DNA of 64,000 bases from an uncultured archaeon (GTDB taxonomy: Archaea > Aenigmatarchaeota > Aenigmatarchaeia > QMZP01). The stretch lies in contig CAZSLL010000003.1 in assembly GCA_964607835.1 (NCBI GenBank), forward strand, positions 3,826 to 67,825, read 5' to 3'. This document shows positions 1 through 9,654 of this stretch, one piece after another. The notes beneath the pieces were generated by a model. It was given only the letters and a program-made list of their open reading frames with translations, was not told where the DNA came from and ran no database searches. How positions within the stretch are numbered: position 1 is the stretch's first letter; the number at the start of each line of letters is the position of its first letter. Both the position numbers and the translations under genes were made by a program.

Positions 1-894
1 GACTCCTTATGCGAGAACAGCCGCGACCTGTTGAATTCAGGCATCAGGGGAGCCAACACCAGACCACATGCCCTGATAAAAGAGATTTTACATGCCGACC
101 TAGAAAGCGAGAAGATAAAACCAGACATAAATGAAGACTCGTTCAGGTATTCCTGCCACAAGCAGGAAATTGAGCCTATTATATCAAGCTGGGGGGATAT
201 CCTTCTATTCGGGGAGGGCAGCGATGCCCTGATATGCTACGCCCCGCTTTATGAGCAAAGGGGCAAAGAGCTAAAGGATGTCCTCACGGACAGCACCAAG
301 GCCGGTATGACTTCGTCAACCACCAGCTCAGAGATAGCTGGTCATGGAATCGAGGTCATATTCGAGCTGACAGAGGAAGGTGAAATAAAGAACCCTATGC
401 ATATCCTCATCGGTGTCAACAACCCTGTGAAGTCTTATGACAACTATTACAGGGCAGATTACGTTCTCCTCTCTGACAGGAACATGGATGGGAAGCTCGA
501 CAGCGTTTCCGCATACAATCTGCTGCTGCACAAGAGCCAATACCTTGACCAGAGCGGATTGGATGCAATTCTAGAGACCGTGCCGGCCCGAATTTTCAGC
601 GACAATGATTTTGATGGAAGCGCCGAGCATCTGAGCAGCACATACTGCGAGGCCGATGTGCTCATCATTGAGCCTCATCTGGGAGACCACCCGAAGGAAA
701 ACAACTTCTGTTACAATGACAAGAGGGAGTGGGTGGGCATCGCTACAACAGTAGCCGGGTTCGCCATAGACGCCACTGTAAAGGCAATACCGACGCCTGC
801 GACCTGGCTAATAGGCACTGCTGCTGACTGCTGGCTAGCCTACAAGACGACTGACTGGGTGAACCCTGACTGGCCAAGCAACGACTGGGGATAG
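1..894 (+). CDS. Hypothetical surface/secreted protein, C-terminal part (5'-truncated)
   Basis: Frame is open from base 1. It has DxxxDG-type Ca-binding-like motifs (DRNMDGKLD, DNDFDG) and a hydrophobic C-terminal hairpin. Confidence 0.6.
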   Translation, partial: DSLCENSRDLLNSGIRGANTRPHALIKEILHADLESEKIKPDINEDSFRYSCHKQEIEPIISSWGDILLFGEGSDALICYAPLYEQRGKELKDVLTDSTKAGMTSSTTSSEIAGHGIEVIFELTEEGEIKNPMHILIGVNNPVKSYDNYYRADYVLLSDRNMDGKLDSVSAYNLLLHKSQYLDQSGLDAILETVPARIFSDNDFDGSAEHLSSTYCEADVLIIEPHLGDHPKENNFCYNDKREWVGIATTVAGFAIDATVKAIPTPATWLIGTAADCWLAYKTTDWVNPDWPSNDWG

Positions 895-896
895 AA

Positions 897-1556
897 TCAT
901 TTGACAAGATAGAACCTTCCGTCCTTCTTGGCCACGATAAGATAACGTTGGGTACCTGATTCCTCTCCATCATTCATCCTGGTGTATTCTGTTCTTACTC
1001 CGAGCGAGACCTCGTAGAAATCTGGCTTTTCCAGGCCCTTTCCGAGAAGCTCTTCTGGTATTTCAGATTCAGGTGCCTGTCTCATTCCCTTTATCCTGTA
1101 TGCTTCAAGACCCCTCTCCGGTATTCCCCATGTTGGCTCTGCTCCTGGGAGCATTATTTCCTCTTTGAACTTCTCTGCCTCCTCATTCCTCCTCAGCTCT
1201 ATGAGGGCCAGCATGAAGTTGTTTATGTTACCGAAGTTTCCATAATCCTCGTTGGGTTCAAAATCAGGATAAACTGCATCCATCCTGTGTTCAAAGCCTT
1301 CTGTGGTTGGAACCCCTGGCTCATGAACGTAGCCCCTTTCCACCATCTTCTTTACATCTGCCTGGGGCCTGGGGGCCTCCTTGAGGGCAAGCTCCTGCTT
1401 CCGGGGCTCCTGGTGGGCAGCGTTAATCCTGCTCTCGTCCACATCGCTGCTGTAGAGCTTCCAGGCAAGGCCGGCTACTGCTGCCAGGCCTCCGGCTACT
1501 GCCGCGGGCTTCATCCAGCCACTGTAACCCGAATCAAGAGTGGAATCCGTCATCAT
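897..1556 (-). CDS. Hypothetical membrane-anchored protein
   Basis: 219-aa ORF with an N-terminal hydrophobic segment (AAVAGGLAAVAGLAW). Confidence 0.6.
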   Translation of the reverse strand: MMTDSTLDSGYSGWMKPAAVAGGLAAVAGLAWKLYSSDVDESRINAAHQEPRKQELALKEAPRPQADVKKMVERGYVHEPGVPTTEGFEHRMDAVYPDFEPNEDYGNFGNINNFMLALIELRRNEEAEKFKEEIMLPGAEPTWGIPERGLEAYRIKGMRQAPESEIPEELLGKGLEKPDFYEVSLGVRTEYTRMNDGEESGTQRYLIVAKKDGRFYLVK

Positions 1557-1713
1557 AACACCTCTATTACAGGCTTTATTCGACTATTTATAAAGCTTAT
1601 GGTGGTGATTGACGTATTCACTGTGTGCTGTTTTTTCGGGGAGAGATATAACGGTGTTATATCCCTGAAAACCCAAGCAAAGCCGGATAAATGGCCTGCC
1701 CCAAATAATAACC

Positions 1714-1872
1714 ATGGAAATGTCCATACGCACCATCATGGTTATCGTGATAGGCCTCATAGCCGCCCTGCTCATGCTCACCATCTTCGCCTCAGGGACC
1801 AGCCAGGGTAGCAGCATGCTGGATGGAATTTTCGATTGGTTCAAGATTCTCGGAGGGGGAGGGGCCTCATGA
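1714..1872 (+). CDS. Small pilin-like protein (52 aa, MEMSIRTIMVIVIGLIAALLML...)
   Basis: Read directly; not in the ORF track. Pilin-type hydrophobic N-terminus; its stop overlaps the next ATG (ATGA). Confidence 0.65.
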   Translation: MEMSIRTIMVIVIGLIAALLMLTIFASGTSQGSSMLDGIFDWFKILGGGGAS

Positions 1873-2024
1873 GAGGAGAAGGAGGCATGCTGGAGCTCAT
1901 GGGCAGCTACGGAAAGCTCCTCTTCGCCATCCTAATCGTGGCCTTCCTGCTCATCATATTCATAGTCTACATCAACTCAAACCCAGAGCTGGGCATCTCC
2001 CTGCCAGAGCTCTTTGGAGGATAA
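1869..2024 (+). CDS. Small pilin-like membrane protein (51 aa)
   Basis: MRG|EGG... followed by one hydrophobic helix; ATGA overlap with the upstream gene. Confidence 0.6.
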   Translation: MRGEGGMLELMGSYGKLLFAILIVAFLLIIFIVYINSNPELGISLPELFGG

Positions 2025-2026
2025 AC

Positions 2027-2224
2027 ATGAATCAGAAGAAGGGAATAACAGTAATGACCCTGGGCCTGATAATAGGCATAATCCTGTTCGTGGCAGCCAT
2101 CATCTTCATCATGCTCTTCTACGAGGGCGACCTCTTCCAGGCCATACTCGGCGGCACCCAGAGCCAGTTCCCTGGCTTCGAAAGCGGAGGCTCAGGTGGT
2201 GGGGGAGCAAGCGGCGAGTTCTGA
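2027..2224 (+). CDS. Small pilin-like protein with class III signal peptide
   Basis: MNQKKG|ITVMTLGLIIGIILF: basic leader, Gly cleavage site and hydrophobic helix; GGAGG upstream. Confidence 0.7.
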   Translation: MNQKKGITVMTLGLIIGIILFVAAIIFIMLFYEGDLFQAILGGTQSQFPGFESGGSGGGGASGEF

Positions 2225-2279
2225 GCTCCTCACCAATTTATAGCATTCCTGATAACTATTAACCATAGGTGTTTCTCTC

Positions 2280-2993
2280 ATGCCGGGAAAGGATGGCAGC
2301 GTTCCCATTGACTTCATGCTCTGGGTTGCAGGCACTCTCATCGCCATCGTGGTTTTCGTGGCCATAATATGGCCCTGGGTGCTCTCGTTCTGGTACGGCG
2401 GGTGCTGGTCAGATGCCCGCACAGATATCAGGGACCTGGGCAGCGAGATAGAGACAGGCATACGCAGCGACAACCCAGGCCAGTTCGTGAGGTACAGGCT
2501 CTCTGTGGGGGACTGCATAGGCGGAGTGGCTTTCATAAACGGCAGGGAGGACCCGGCATACTCTGGCTTCATCCAGAAGGAATGCGAGGAGTATTCAGGG
2601 TACAAGTCCTACATGATTCTCTTCCCCAAGGAGTACATGCTGGCCAAGGATGATGAATACCAGAAGGGCCTTGACGAGGAACTGGAGGAGAAAATCGATA
2701 ACCTCAAGGACGCAATGAGCTACTGGGAGGCCTTCAAGCTCTGGGTGAAGGAAAAGACAGGCAGGGTCCCGCCCGTATACTGCTATGAGCTCGAGCACGC
2801 AATCTCCGAGGACAGCATAAAGTCCCTTCCCGAAGGGTTCTACCAGGACCCCTTCACCGAAAGCAACTGGAACTCAGGGACCGACTACTGCATGCTCATA
2901 ACCCCGCGCCCGACATCCAGCCCCGGGGACTTCAACTACGATATCGAGAGCATCACCTGCCCGCCCAGGGAGTCTCCCGAAGAGGAGGAGTGA
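2280..2993 (+). CDS. Pilin-like secreted protein
   Basis: MPGKDG|SVPIDF plus hydrophobic helix; Cys-containing extracellular domain. Confidence 0.6.
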   Translation: MPGKDGSVPIDFMLWVAGTLIAIVVFVAIIWPWVLSFWYGGCWSDARTDIRDLGSEIETGIRSDNPGQFVRYRLSVGDCIGGVAFINGREDPAYSGFIQKECEEYSGYKSYMILFPKEYMLAKDDEYQKGLDEELEEKIDNLKDAMSYWEAFKLWVKEKTGRVPPVYCYELEHAISEDSIKSLPEGFYQDPFTESNWNSGTDYCMLITPRPTSSPGDFNYDIESITCPPRESPEEEE

Positions 2994-4066
2994 TGAAAAC
3001 AATGAAAGCCTTCTCAGGACCCGCAGGCTCGTTCGTGCAGTGGGTGGGCCTTCTTCTCATCGCCCTGCTCATGCTCTACGTAATAATCCAGTGGGGGGAG
3101 GCAGGGGCCCATGTCCAGAGGGGCCTGGAGCAGGGTTCCATAATGTACTCGGTGGCCAATTCAGTGAGCGCCCTGTCCTCCATGGGAAGCGGCGAGGTTA
3201 GCCGCTATCTTCTGAACACCTATGACCTGACTGTCCGCTGCGATGGCGGCTCCTGCTTCGTGAGGGCCAGGCCCTATGACAGCTCAGGGAATCCAGGGGA
3301 GGAGAGCCAGGAGGTGCTCATCCTGGGCAATATCGAGCCGGCTTCCCTGAAAGAGGTGAACAGAATAACCTTATCCAAGGAGCCCGGAGGAAAGGTGGTC
3401 CTGACAGGGGAGAGGGTGGAGGACGCCTTCAGGGGAATCCTTGTCCCTGGGGAATACCCTACCATGTGCATAACCACCCACCCGGACATAGCAGGGCTCC
3501 TGGCTGACCCTGAAATAAACCAGGGCCTGGAGCCAGAACTCCTGGCAGCAATCATCCAGGCCGAGAGCTCCTGGCAGGAGGACGCCTACAGGTATGAGCC
3601 GGGGTACCAGTTCAGGTACCTTGAAGGCAGTGAGTGGGAGCAGGACAGCAACTGGCTCTCCAGCGGCCCCACTGTGGACCAGTGGCTGGGAAGCCACCCC
3701 TCCAGGCAGGGCGAGTCAGAGGGCCTCTCTGAAGAGCAGCTTTCCCGGACTGCCCAGACCAGCATATCAGCCAGCTACGGCCTCATGCAGCTCATGTACC
3801 CCACTGCTGTCCAGTCCTGCAGGGGGGCCAGCTTCAGGGGAAGCAGGGTGACCCTTGGAAGCCCGGACGACCTCTACGGCCCTGCCCTCAACATCTTCTG
3901 CGGTGCCAGGCACCTCAAGAGTCTCCAGTCCACCTACCAGGACCTCAGGGACCAGGTCTCGGCCTACAACGCAGGCCAGCCGAGGTGGACCACGAGTCTG
4001 GCCAACAGGGAGTACACTGCAAGGGTGCTTGGCTACTACAATGCCTACAGGGGGTGCGTGGCATGA
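2990..4066 (+). CDS. Pilin-like protein with C-terminal SLT lytic transglycosylase domain
   Basis: N-terminal MKA|F...hydrophobic helix. SLT motifs LLAAIIQAESS (catalytic Glu), SYGLMQL, NIFCGARHL and SAYNAG. Confidence 0.85.
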   Translation: MMKTMKAFSGPAGSFVQWVGLLLIALLMLYVIIQWGEAGAHVQRGLEQGSIMYSVANSVSALSSMGSGEVSRYLLNTYDLTVRCDGGSCFVRARPYDSSGNPGEESQEVLILGNIEPASLKEVNRITLSKEPGGKVVLTGERVEDAFRGILVPGEYPTMCITTHPDIAGLLADPEINQGLEPELLAAIIQAESSWQEDAYRYEPGYQFRYLEGSEWEQDSNWLSSGPTVDQWLGSHPSRQGESEGLSEEQLSRTAQTSISASYGLMQLMYPTAVQSCRGASFRGSRVTLGSPDDLYGPALNIFCGARHLKSLQSTYQDLRDQVSAYNAGQPRWTTSLANREYTARVLGYYNAYRGCVA

Positions 4067-4512
4067 GGGCAAGCATGTTCGAGATTTCCACCCTATACCT
4101 CATTGTAGCTTTTGGCATGGTCATGTTCATAGGCTTCGGGTTCATGACCTTCGGCAGCATCAGCTACTCTGCCGACGTGGTCTCCCAGAACCTGGGCCAC
4201 CTGAGGGCAGTGGACGCTGCCCATCTTGTTGCATCGTGCCTGGAGGGCGGGGACGGGTTCATAACATCCCAGGAGATGGAATCCTTCACAAAGGAAAGTT
4301 GCATATCCATATACCCCTCGCTCTCAGGCATCGATTTCGAATTCAGGGTAGAGGACCTCTCAGACCCGGGCATGTCCACTGAATCGCCAGGATACGATGA
4401 CTCAGCATACGGTATATCATTCTCAGAAGAGCTCACCAGCCACTCGCTCTTCATCAGCATAGAAGGGGAAGGCGAGGTCCATGCAGGGAGGTTGTATGTC
4501 CAGACCAGTTAG
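4063..4512 (+). CDS. Pilin-like protein
   Basis: MRA|SMFE plus hydrophobic helix; ATGA overlap with the SLT gene. Confidence 0.6.
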   Translation: MRASMFEISTLYLIVAFGMVMFIGFGFMTFGSISYSADVVSQNLGHLRAVDAAHLVASCLEGGDGFITSQEMESFTKESCISIYPSLSGIDFEFRVEDLSDPGMSTESPGYDDSAYGISFSEELTSHSLFISIEGEGEVHAGRLYVQTS

Positions 4513-5494
4513 GAAGGCCCAGGTCACCCCGATAGACCTATTCCTCATAGCCCTGGTGTTCTTCATGGGAGTGGGCCTCTTCCTTTTCATGAACTTCATG
4601 TCATCCAAGGACATGATAATCAGCAAGCAGACCATCTACAGCACCATGGAGCTGGATGACAGGGGAAGCGAGCTGGTGGCTGCCATGGCTTCCACCTACC
4701 AGGGCACGCCGTTCATGGTTCATGCCGGAGCCACTGCTGTCCAGGGATACAATGACCACATCTCAGATGCCCTTGAGGCCCTCTCCGAACTCAGGAAGAG
4801 CCTGGGCACTGGGTACGCCCTCAGGCTCCCCGGCATAAGGCTGGATTCTGGCGAGGACGAGTCAGGACCCGATGCTGTTCCGATACCATCAGGGTGCTTC
4901 ATAACCGATACAATTTCACAAAGCACAAAGCTTATCTGGCCCATGCCCGGAGTGAATGATGTCTCCAGCCAGCCTGGCCTGAGGCAACTTTCCGGAAGCG
5001 AGTGCCGCTGCCACAAGGGTGTGGACATACCGGGTGGAGGCCTTGACGTGATTGCGGCCTACTCAGGCACGGTATCCAGGGCGTACGAGAGCACCAGCTA
5101 CGGCAACACGGTCATTATCAACCACAATGGGGAGTGGTCAGGGTACAGTACCCTGTACGCGCACCTTGACTCCATTTCAGTCAGCGAAGGCGACAGGGTC
5201 TCTGCCGGGCAGAAAATCGGAATCTCGGGCAACACAGGAATATCCCACGGAAGCCACCTGCACTTCGAGGTAATCAGGGGCTCGATTGTCACAGACCCCA
5301 ATGTGGACCCCTGCAGATATCTGCAGTCCAGGCCCTCCTCCTGCGTGGTAATGGACAGGTGCGAGCTCGCAGAGGACCTGGAGCCCGTTTCCGGGAAGAG
5401 CCACATGATGGACGTCCCGCTTCCCGGAGCCAGGGAGGGCAGCCTGAAGGGCAGAGTCGAACTCGTAATGGGGGATTCGGGAGGGAGTCTGTGA
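4496..5494 (+). CDS. Class III signal-peptide protein with inserted M23 metallopeptidase domain
   Basis: RKA|QVTPID plus hydrophobic helix. M23 motifs HKGVD, YGN, YAHL, GxSGNTG and HLHFEV. Confidence 0.88.
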   Translation: MSRPVRKAQVTPIDLFLIALVFFMGVGLFLFMNFMSSKDMIISKQTIYSTMELDDRGSELVAAMASTYQGTPFMVHAGATAVQGYNDHISDALEALSELRKSLGTGYALRLPGIRLDSGEDESGPDAVPIPSGCFITDTISQSTKLIWPMPGVNDVSSQPGLRQLSGSECRCHKGVDIPGGGLDVIAAYSGTVSRAYESTSYGNTVIINHNGEWSGYSTLYAHLDSISVSEGDRVSAGQKIGISGNTGISHGSHLHFEVIRGSIVTDPNVDPCRYLQSRPSSCVVMDRCELAEDLEPVSGKSHMMDVPLPGAREGSLKGRVELVMGDSGGSL

Positions 5495-6411
5495 AGGGGA
5501 ACGCGCTTTTCATAGTGGTGATACTAATCGCCATCCTGGTGGCCTTCATGACAGCCTTCAGCATAAGGTTCAACCTCTTTGGAGGGGGCGAGGGAACTGT
5601 GCAAAAGGCAAGCCTACAGTCAGACATATACACAATGGGACACGCACTTGACGCTGCAGAACTATACATGGAAGCCTCGCTGGATTACTCTGTGTATCAG
5701 GCCTGCCATGACACCCTTTTGTTGGGCTCTTCTCTTGAACAAAAGAGCGAGGAAGATTTCAATTCTGAGATGCAGGACAAAGTTCAGGAATACTACAGCC
5801 GTTACCTCCATGCAGGTTTCTCGTTCCTCAATGGTTACTCAGTATCCCTCCCTGCTTCGGGCGTGAGCCTTTCTGGACAGAGTGATGCCTTCTCAGCTAA
5901 TGTCACTTCAATGGAAGAGATGACCACCACCAGCCTTGTGAAATCCGGAGAGTCCGTGACCCTCAGGGCAGGGGCAGAGTTTACCAGGGATTATTACATC
6001 CCCTGCTACTCAGTATACCATAAGGGAGTGGAGCTCGAGCCTTCCCTTTCCTCTGACCTTTCTGACGGGCTGGCGCTTGCGCTCGGGGAGACTGACCCAC
6101 TGGAATGCGCCACAGAGGATGAGTGCTCCCGCCTCCTCGAGCAGGAGCTTGACGGGCTCTTCAGCGAGTCAGGGAGGTTCCCCTCACTGCTTCAGGAAGG
6201 CTTCCGGGTGGAACGCGAAATCACGGAATCAGGATACAGGATAAGCACAATAGACCGCACCACAGGGGATGTGTCCTGGGAGGCCACCGCTTCCCAGAGA
6301 GTGACCATACAGCAGGAGGACCCTGAATACTACCCGGTATGGAACGGCCAGGAACTGGCCTTCAAGCCCATGAGGCTGACCTTCCTCATGGAGGCCTCCT
6401 CCTCGGGCTAG
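5491..6411 (+). CDS. Pilin-like secreted protein
   Basis: GTG start overlapping the previous stop; MKG|NALFIVVILIAILV. Confidence 0.65.
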   Translation: MKGNALFIVVILIAILVAFMTAFSIRFNLFGGGEGTVQKASLQSDIYTMGHALDAAELYMEASLDYSVYQACHDTLLLGSSLEQKSEEDFNSEMQDKVQEYYSRYLHAGFSFLNGYSVSLPASGVSLSGQSDAFSANVTSMEEMTTTSLVKSGESVTLRAGAEFTRDYYIPCYSVYHKGVELEPSLSSDLSDGLALALGETDPLECATEDECSRLLEQELDGLFSESGRFPSLLQEGFRVEREITESGYRISTIDRTTGDVSWEATASQRVTIQQEDPEYYPVWNGQELAFKPMRLTFLMEASSSG

Positions 6412-6809
6412 GCCTGCGTTGGCTTCCTGCTCTTTTCTCCCCTCGCATTGGCCTGTGATACCCCGGCAGACCGGGTCTTCTCTTTCCCTGATTTTATGGT
6501 CCCGCTCACCCGCAGGCTCTGGAATATGACCTTCTGGTCCCCGAGCTGGTGTATGAGTCCCATGGACACCTTGACCGCGTCCACGTACTTCGGGGAGACC
6601 TGGATGAACCCCTTCTGCTCCCTGCTGTTCCAGAGGTTCCTGAGGATTCTCACCCCTGCCCTGGCCAGGCCGGCCTCCCCTATCCAGTGCTCCATGGAGT
6701 TCCATAGCGCGTCCCGAACGGCCTCGTAGCCCACGGGCCTCTCAGAGGCCACCCTGAATACGATGTATCTCCTGCTTCCCCGCGAGCTTGGCAGCCTCCT
6801 GATTCCCAT
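6408..6809 (-). CDS. rnp2: Ribonuclease P protein component 2 (Pop5/Rpp14)
   Basis: LPSSRGSRRYIVF and VSGTIK motifs. Confidence 0.85.
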   Translation of the reverse strand: MGIRRLPSSRGSRRYIVFRVASERPVGYEAVRDALWNSMEHWIGEAGLARAGVRILRNLWNSREQKGFIQVSPKYVDAVKVSMGLIHQLGDQKVIFQSLRVSGTIKSGKEKTRSAGVSQANARGEKSRKPTQA

Positions 6810-6844
6810 AATAGTAATTTATACCCTTCCCATAAATAAGGGAT

Positions 6845-8266
6845 ATGGATTACAGCAGGCTCTCGGTTGCGGATTTCATATCCCAGGCCTCCTCAGGCTC
6901 CCTGGATGTCCGGGATTTCTACGAAAGGCTCTTCAAAAAACTGAAGGAGCTGGACAAAACCTACAACATATTCGTGACCCTTGCCGAGGACCAGGCCCTC
7001 TCAGAGGTGAAGTCCAGGAGGAAGCAGGAAGGCTCCCTTGCGGGCCTCCCTGTCTCGCTCAAGGACAACATATGCTCCAGGGGAATCCAGACCACTGCGG
7101 GCTCGAGAATCCTGGAGGGCTACATTCCTCCCTTTGACAGCACAGTGGCCCTTTCCGCCAAATCCCAGGGCGGGGTCATAATCGGAAAGACCAGCATGGA
7201 CGAGTTCGGCTTCGGCTGGGCCTCCACCAACTCCGGGTTCAAGGTTCCAAAGAACCCATGCGACCCGGCCAGGGTGACAGGGGGCTCCTCAGGGGGCGCG
7301 GCCGCTCTCACTGCGGCCCTGGACATGCCCCACATAGCCCTTGGCCAGTCCACTGGTGGCTCAATCTCGAGCCCTGCCTCATTGTGCGGCATTGTGGGAC
7401 TCACCCCCACATACGGGCTGGTCTCGAGGTACGGCCTCATAGACTTCGGCAACTCCCTTGACACAATAGGGCCCATGGCCAGGACCGTGGAGGACGCCGC
7501 CCTCATGCTCTCTGTTATAGCCGGCCACGACCACAGGGACCCCACTACGCTCTCCGAGAAGGTGCCCCATTACCACAGGAAGCTCAGCACCAAGGTGAAG
7601 GGCCTCAGGATAGGCGTCCCAGGGGAGTACTTCACAGACTCCGTGGACCAGGTAGTGAAGGACCATGTATGGTCAGGGATCAAGTCCCTTGAGTCCCAGG
7701 GAGCCATATGCAAAGAAATATCCCTTCCAATGACCCATGACGGTGTGGCCATATACTACATCCTGGCCACATCAGAGGCCAGCACCAACCTGGCAAAGTT
7801 CTGCGGCATCAGATACGGCGCAGAAGAAGAGATGGAGGGCGACTTCAACCAGTACTTCTCCAGGATACGCAGCAAGTACCTTGGCCAGGAGGCCAAGAGG
7901 AGAATCATCCTTGGAACCTACTCCAGGATGGCTGGCTACAGGGACCAGTTCTATCTCAAGGCCCTCAGGGCCAGGACACTCATGATAAGGGAGTTCAGAA
8001 AGGCATTCAGTTCCTGCGACCTGATTGCAGCCCCTGCCATGCCCGTTGCCGCTCCAACGTTCTCAGAAGCAGAATCCATGTCCGCACTTCAGCAATACAT
8101 GATGGATGTGCTCTCCATACCATCCAAGCTCGCGGGGCTTCCCTCAGTCTCTGTTCCCTGCGGTGAATCAAAGGGCATGCCCGTGGGGCTCCAGCTCATA
8201 GGCCCCCACCTCAAGGAGCAGGCCATCCTCAACGCAGCCCACGCCCTTGAGAAGGCCCGTGCCTGA
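6845..8266 (+). CDS. gatA: Asp/Glu-tRNA amidotransferase subunit A
   Basis: Amidase signature GGSSGG, KDN, SRYGL, EAKRRIILG. Confidence 0.93.
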   Translation: MDYSRLSVADFISQASSGSLDVRDFYERLFKKLKELDKTYNIFVTLAEDQALSEVKSRRKQEGSLAGLPVSLKDNICSRGIQTTAGSRILEGYIPPFDSTVALSAKSQGGVIIGKTSMDEFGFGWASTNSGFKVPKNPCDPARVTGGSSGGAAALTAALDMPHIALGQSTGGSISSPASLCGIVGLTPTYGLVSRYGLIDFGNSLDTIGPMARTVEDAALMLSVIAGHDHRDPTTLSEKVPHYHRKLSTKVKGLRIGVPGEYFTDSVDQVVKDHVWSGIKSLESQGAICKEISLPMTHDGVAIYYILATSEASTNLAKFCGIRYGAEEEMEGDFNQYFSRIRSKYLGQEAKRRIILGTYSRMAGYRDQFYLKALRARTLMIREFRKAFSSCDLIAAPAMPVAAPTFSEAESMSALQQYMMDVLSIPSKLAGLPSVSVPCGESKGMPVGLQLIGPHLKEQAILNAAHALEKARA

Positions 8267-8987
8267 CGGCCTCCCTGAGCAGCCTTCCGGTCTCCCTGAT
8301 TACTGTATCCTTGTAATCCCTCCATCCGGATTCTGTGTCCAGCCCTGTCTCTCCGAGGACGTAATCAAGGCCCTCCCTGTTCTCCTCAAGGAAATCCACT
8401 ATACCCTGCCCGTGCCTGGGATACATCCCGAAGTTCTCTACCATAATACTGTGCACCCTATCCACTTCATCCTCATATCTGGCAATCCCTTCAGGGAAGC
8501 CCATGGCCCAGAATATGGGAACCAGGCTCTCAGACAGTTCCCTCAAATCAGTCCCTTCCCTTAGTTCCGTTATCCTGAAGGGAAGTTCAGAGTCCTCTGA
8601 ATAAACCCTCCTGCAGGGGGCAAGCTCACCGAACCTGTGCGGCTCAAGCTCGCTCTCCCAGAATCCATCCGAAACGTCATAAGGCTTGTTCATTGGATGC
8701 ATCCCCGAGTAGGATATCCATTCCCTGGCCGCGTTCTGGAGCGGGTAGAGATTTCTGTGCACGGATTCATCGCATGCGCCGTGATTGGCCATGCCCTCGC
8801 CAACCCAGCTGTAGCCGTCGAGGCTTAGCAGCAATGATGCCCTGGCTATTCCTGAGTAGTCATGCGTAAGGTTCCTCGGATGCGAACCCAGCCTCGGAAA
8901 TATGTCGTTCAGCAGCGCCCCCAGAAAATTCGAGCCCCTTCCGTTCATTTCCTGGTATACCATTGAGTGGAACAGTGCGCCTGCCAT
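8229..8987 (-). CDS. Hypothetical protein
   Basis: 252-aa ORF filling the gap; no recognised motif. Confidence 0.5.
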   Translation of the reverse strand: MAGALFHSMVYQEMNGRGSNFLGALLNDIFPRLGSHPRNLTHDYSGIARASLLLSLDGYSWVGEGMANHGACDESVHRNLYPLQNAAREWISYSGMHPMNKPYDVSDGFWESELEPHRFGELAPCRRVYSEDSELPFRITELREGTDLRELSESLVPIFWAMGFPEGIARYEDEVDRVHSIMVENFGMYPRHGQGIVDFLEENREGLDYVLGETGLDTESGWRDYKDTVIRETGRLLREAVRHGPSQGRGLR

Positions 8988-9087
8988 GCAATAACCCTTT
9001 CTTTGTCAATTTGATGGAAAATGATTTAAGCCCTTGTGCTGTCTTCCCACCGTTTCCGGTTTAAATGAATGGACCCAAATATTATGC

Positions 9088-9654
9088 ATGGAGGGGAAAC
9101 GCCCCAGACCAGGCAAAATCCTGAGGGAGTTCGAGCCAGGAGGCAACATGGTAAGGTTCAGGTACCTCAGGAAAGATGATATTGAGGGAGCCATGAGGCA
9201 CATCAATTCCCTGGTAAATGAGAAAGCCTACATCGGGATGCAGAAGAGCAAGACCAGGAAGCAGGAGAAGGAATGGCTCGAGCAGGCGCTTGAGGGCATG
9301 AGGAAGGGAAAATCCCTCACTGTTGTTGTGGAGGTAAACGGTGAGTTCAGGGGCTCTGCAGGCGTGAACAGGAAGCCCCTTGACGCCAATTCACATGTAT
9401 GCACCTTCGGACTGGGAATACACGGGGACTACAGGTCGATGGGCATAGGAACAGAGCTCATGAAGCTCCTGATACAGCAGGCCAGGGACGTGCTGGGCTG
9501 CAGAGTGGCAGAGATATCCGTTTATGAGCCCAACCTTGCTGCCAAGAGGCTCTACGAGAAGATGGGCTTCATGGAGACAGGCAGGATTCCTGAAGGGTGC
9601 CACTACTTCGGGAAATACTATGACGAGATAATACTGGTGAGGAAGCTTGATTGA
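9088..9654 (+). CDS. GNAT family N-acetyltransferase
   Basis: YRSMGIGTELM acetyl-CoA motif; N..AKRLYEKMGF. Confidence 0.88.
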   Translation: MEGKRPRPGKILREFEPGGNMVRFRYLRKDDIEGAMRHINSLVNEKAYIGMQKSKTRKQEKEWLEQALEGMRKGKSLTVVVEVNGEFRGSAGVNRKPLDANSHVCTFGLGIHGDYRSMGIGTELMKLLIQQARDVLGCRVAEISVYEPNLAAKRLYEKMGFMETGRIPEGCHYFGKYYDEIILVRKLD

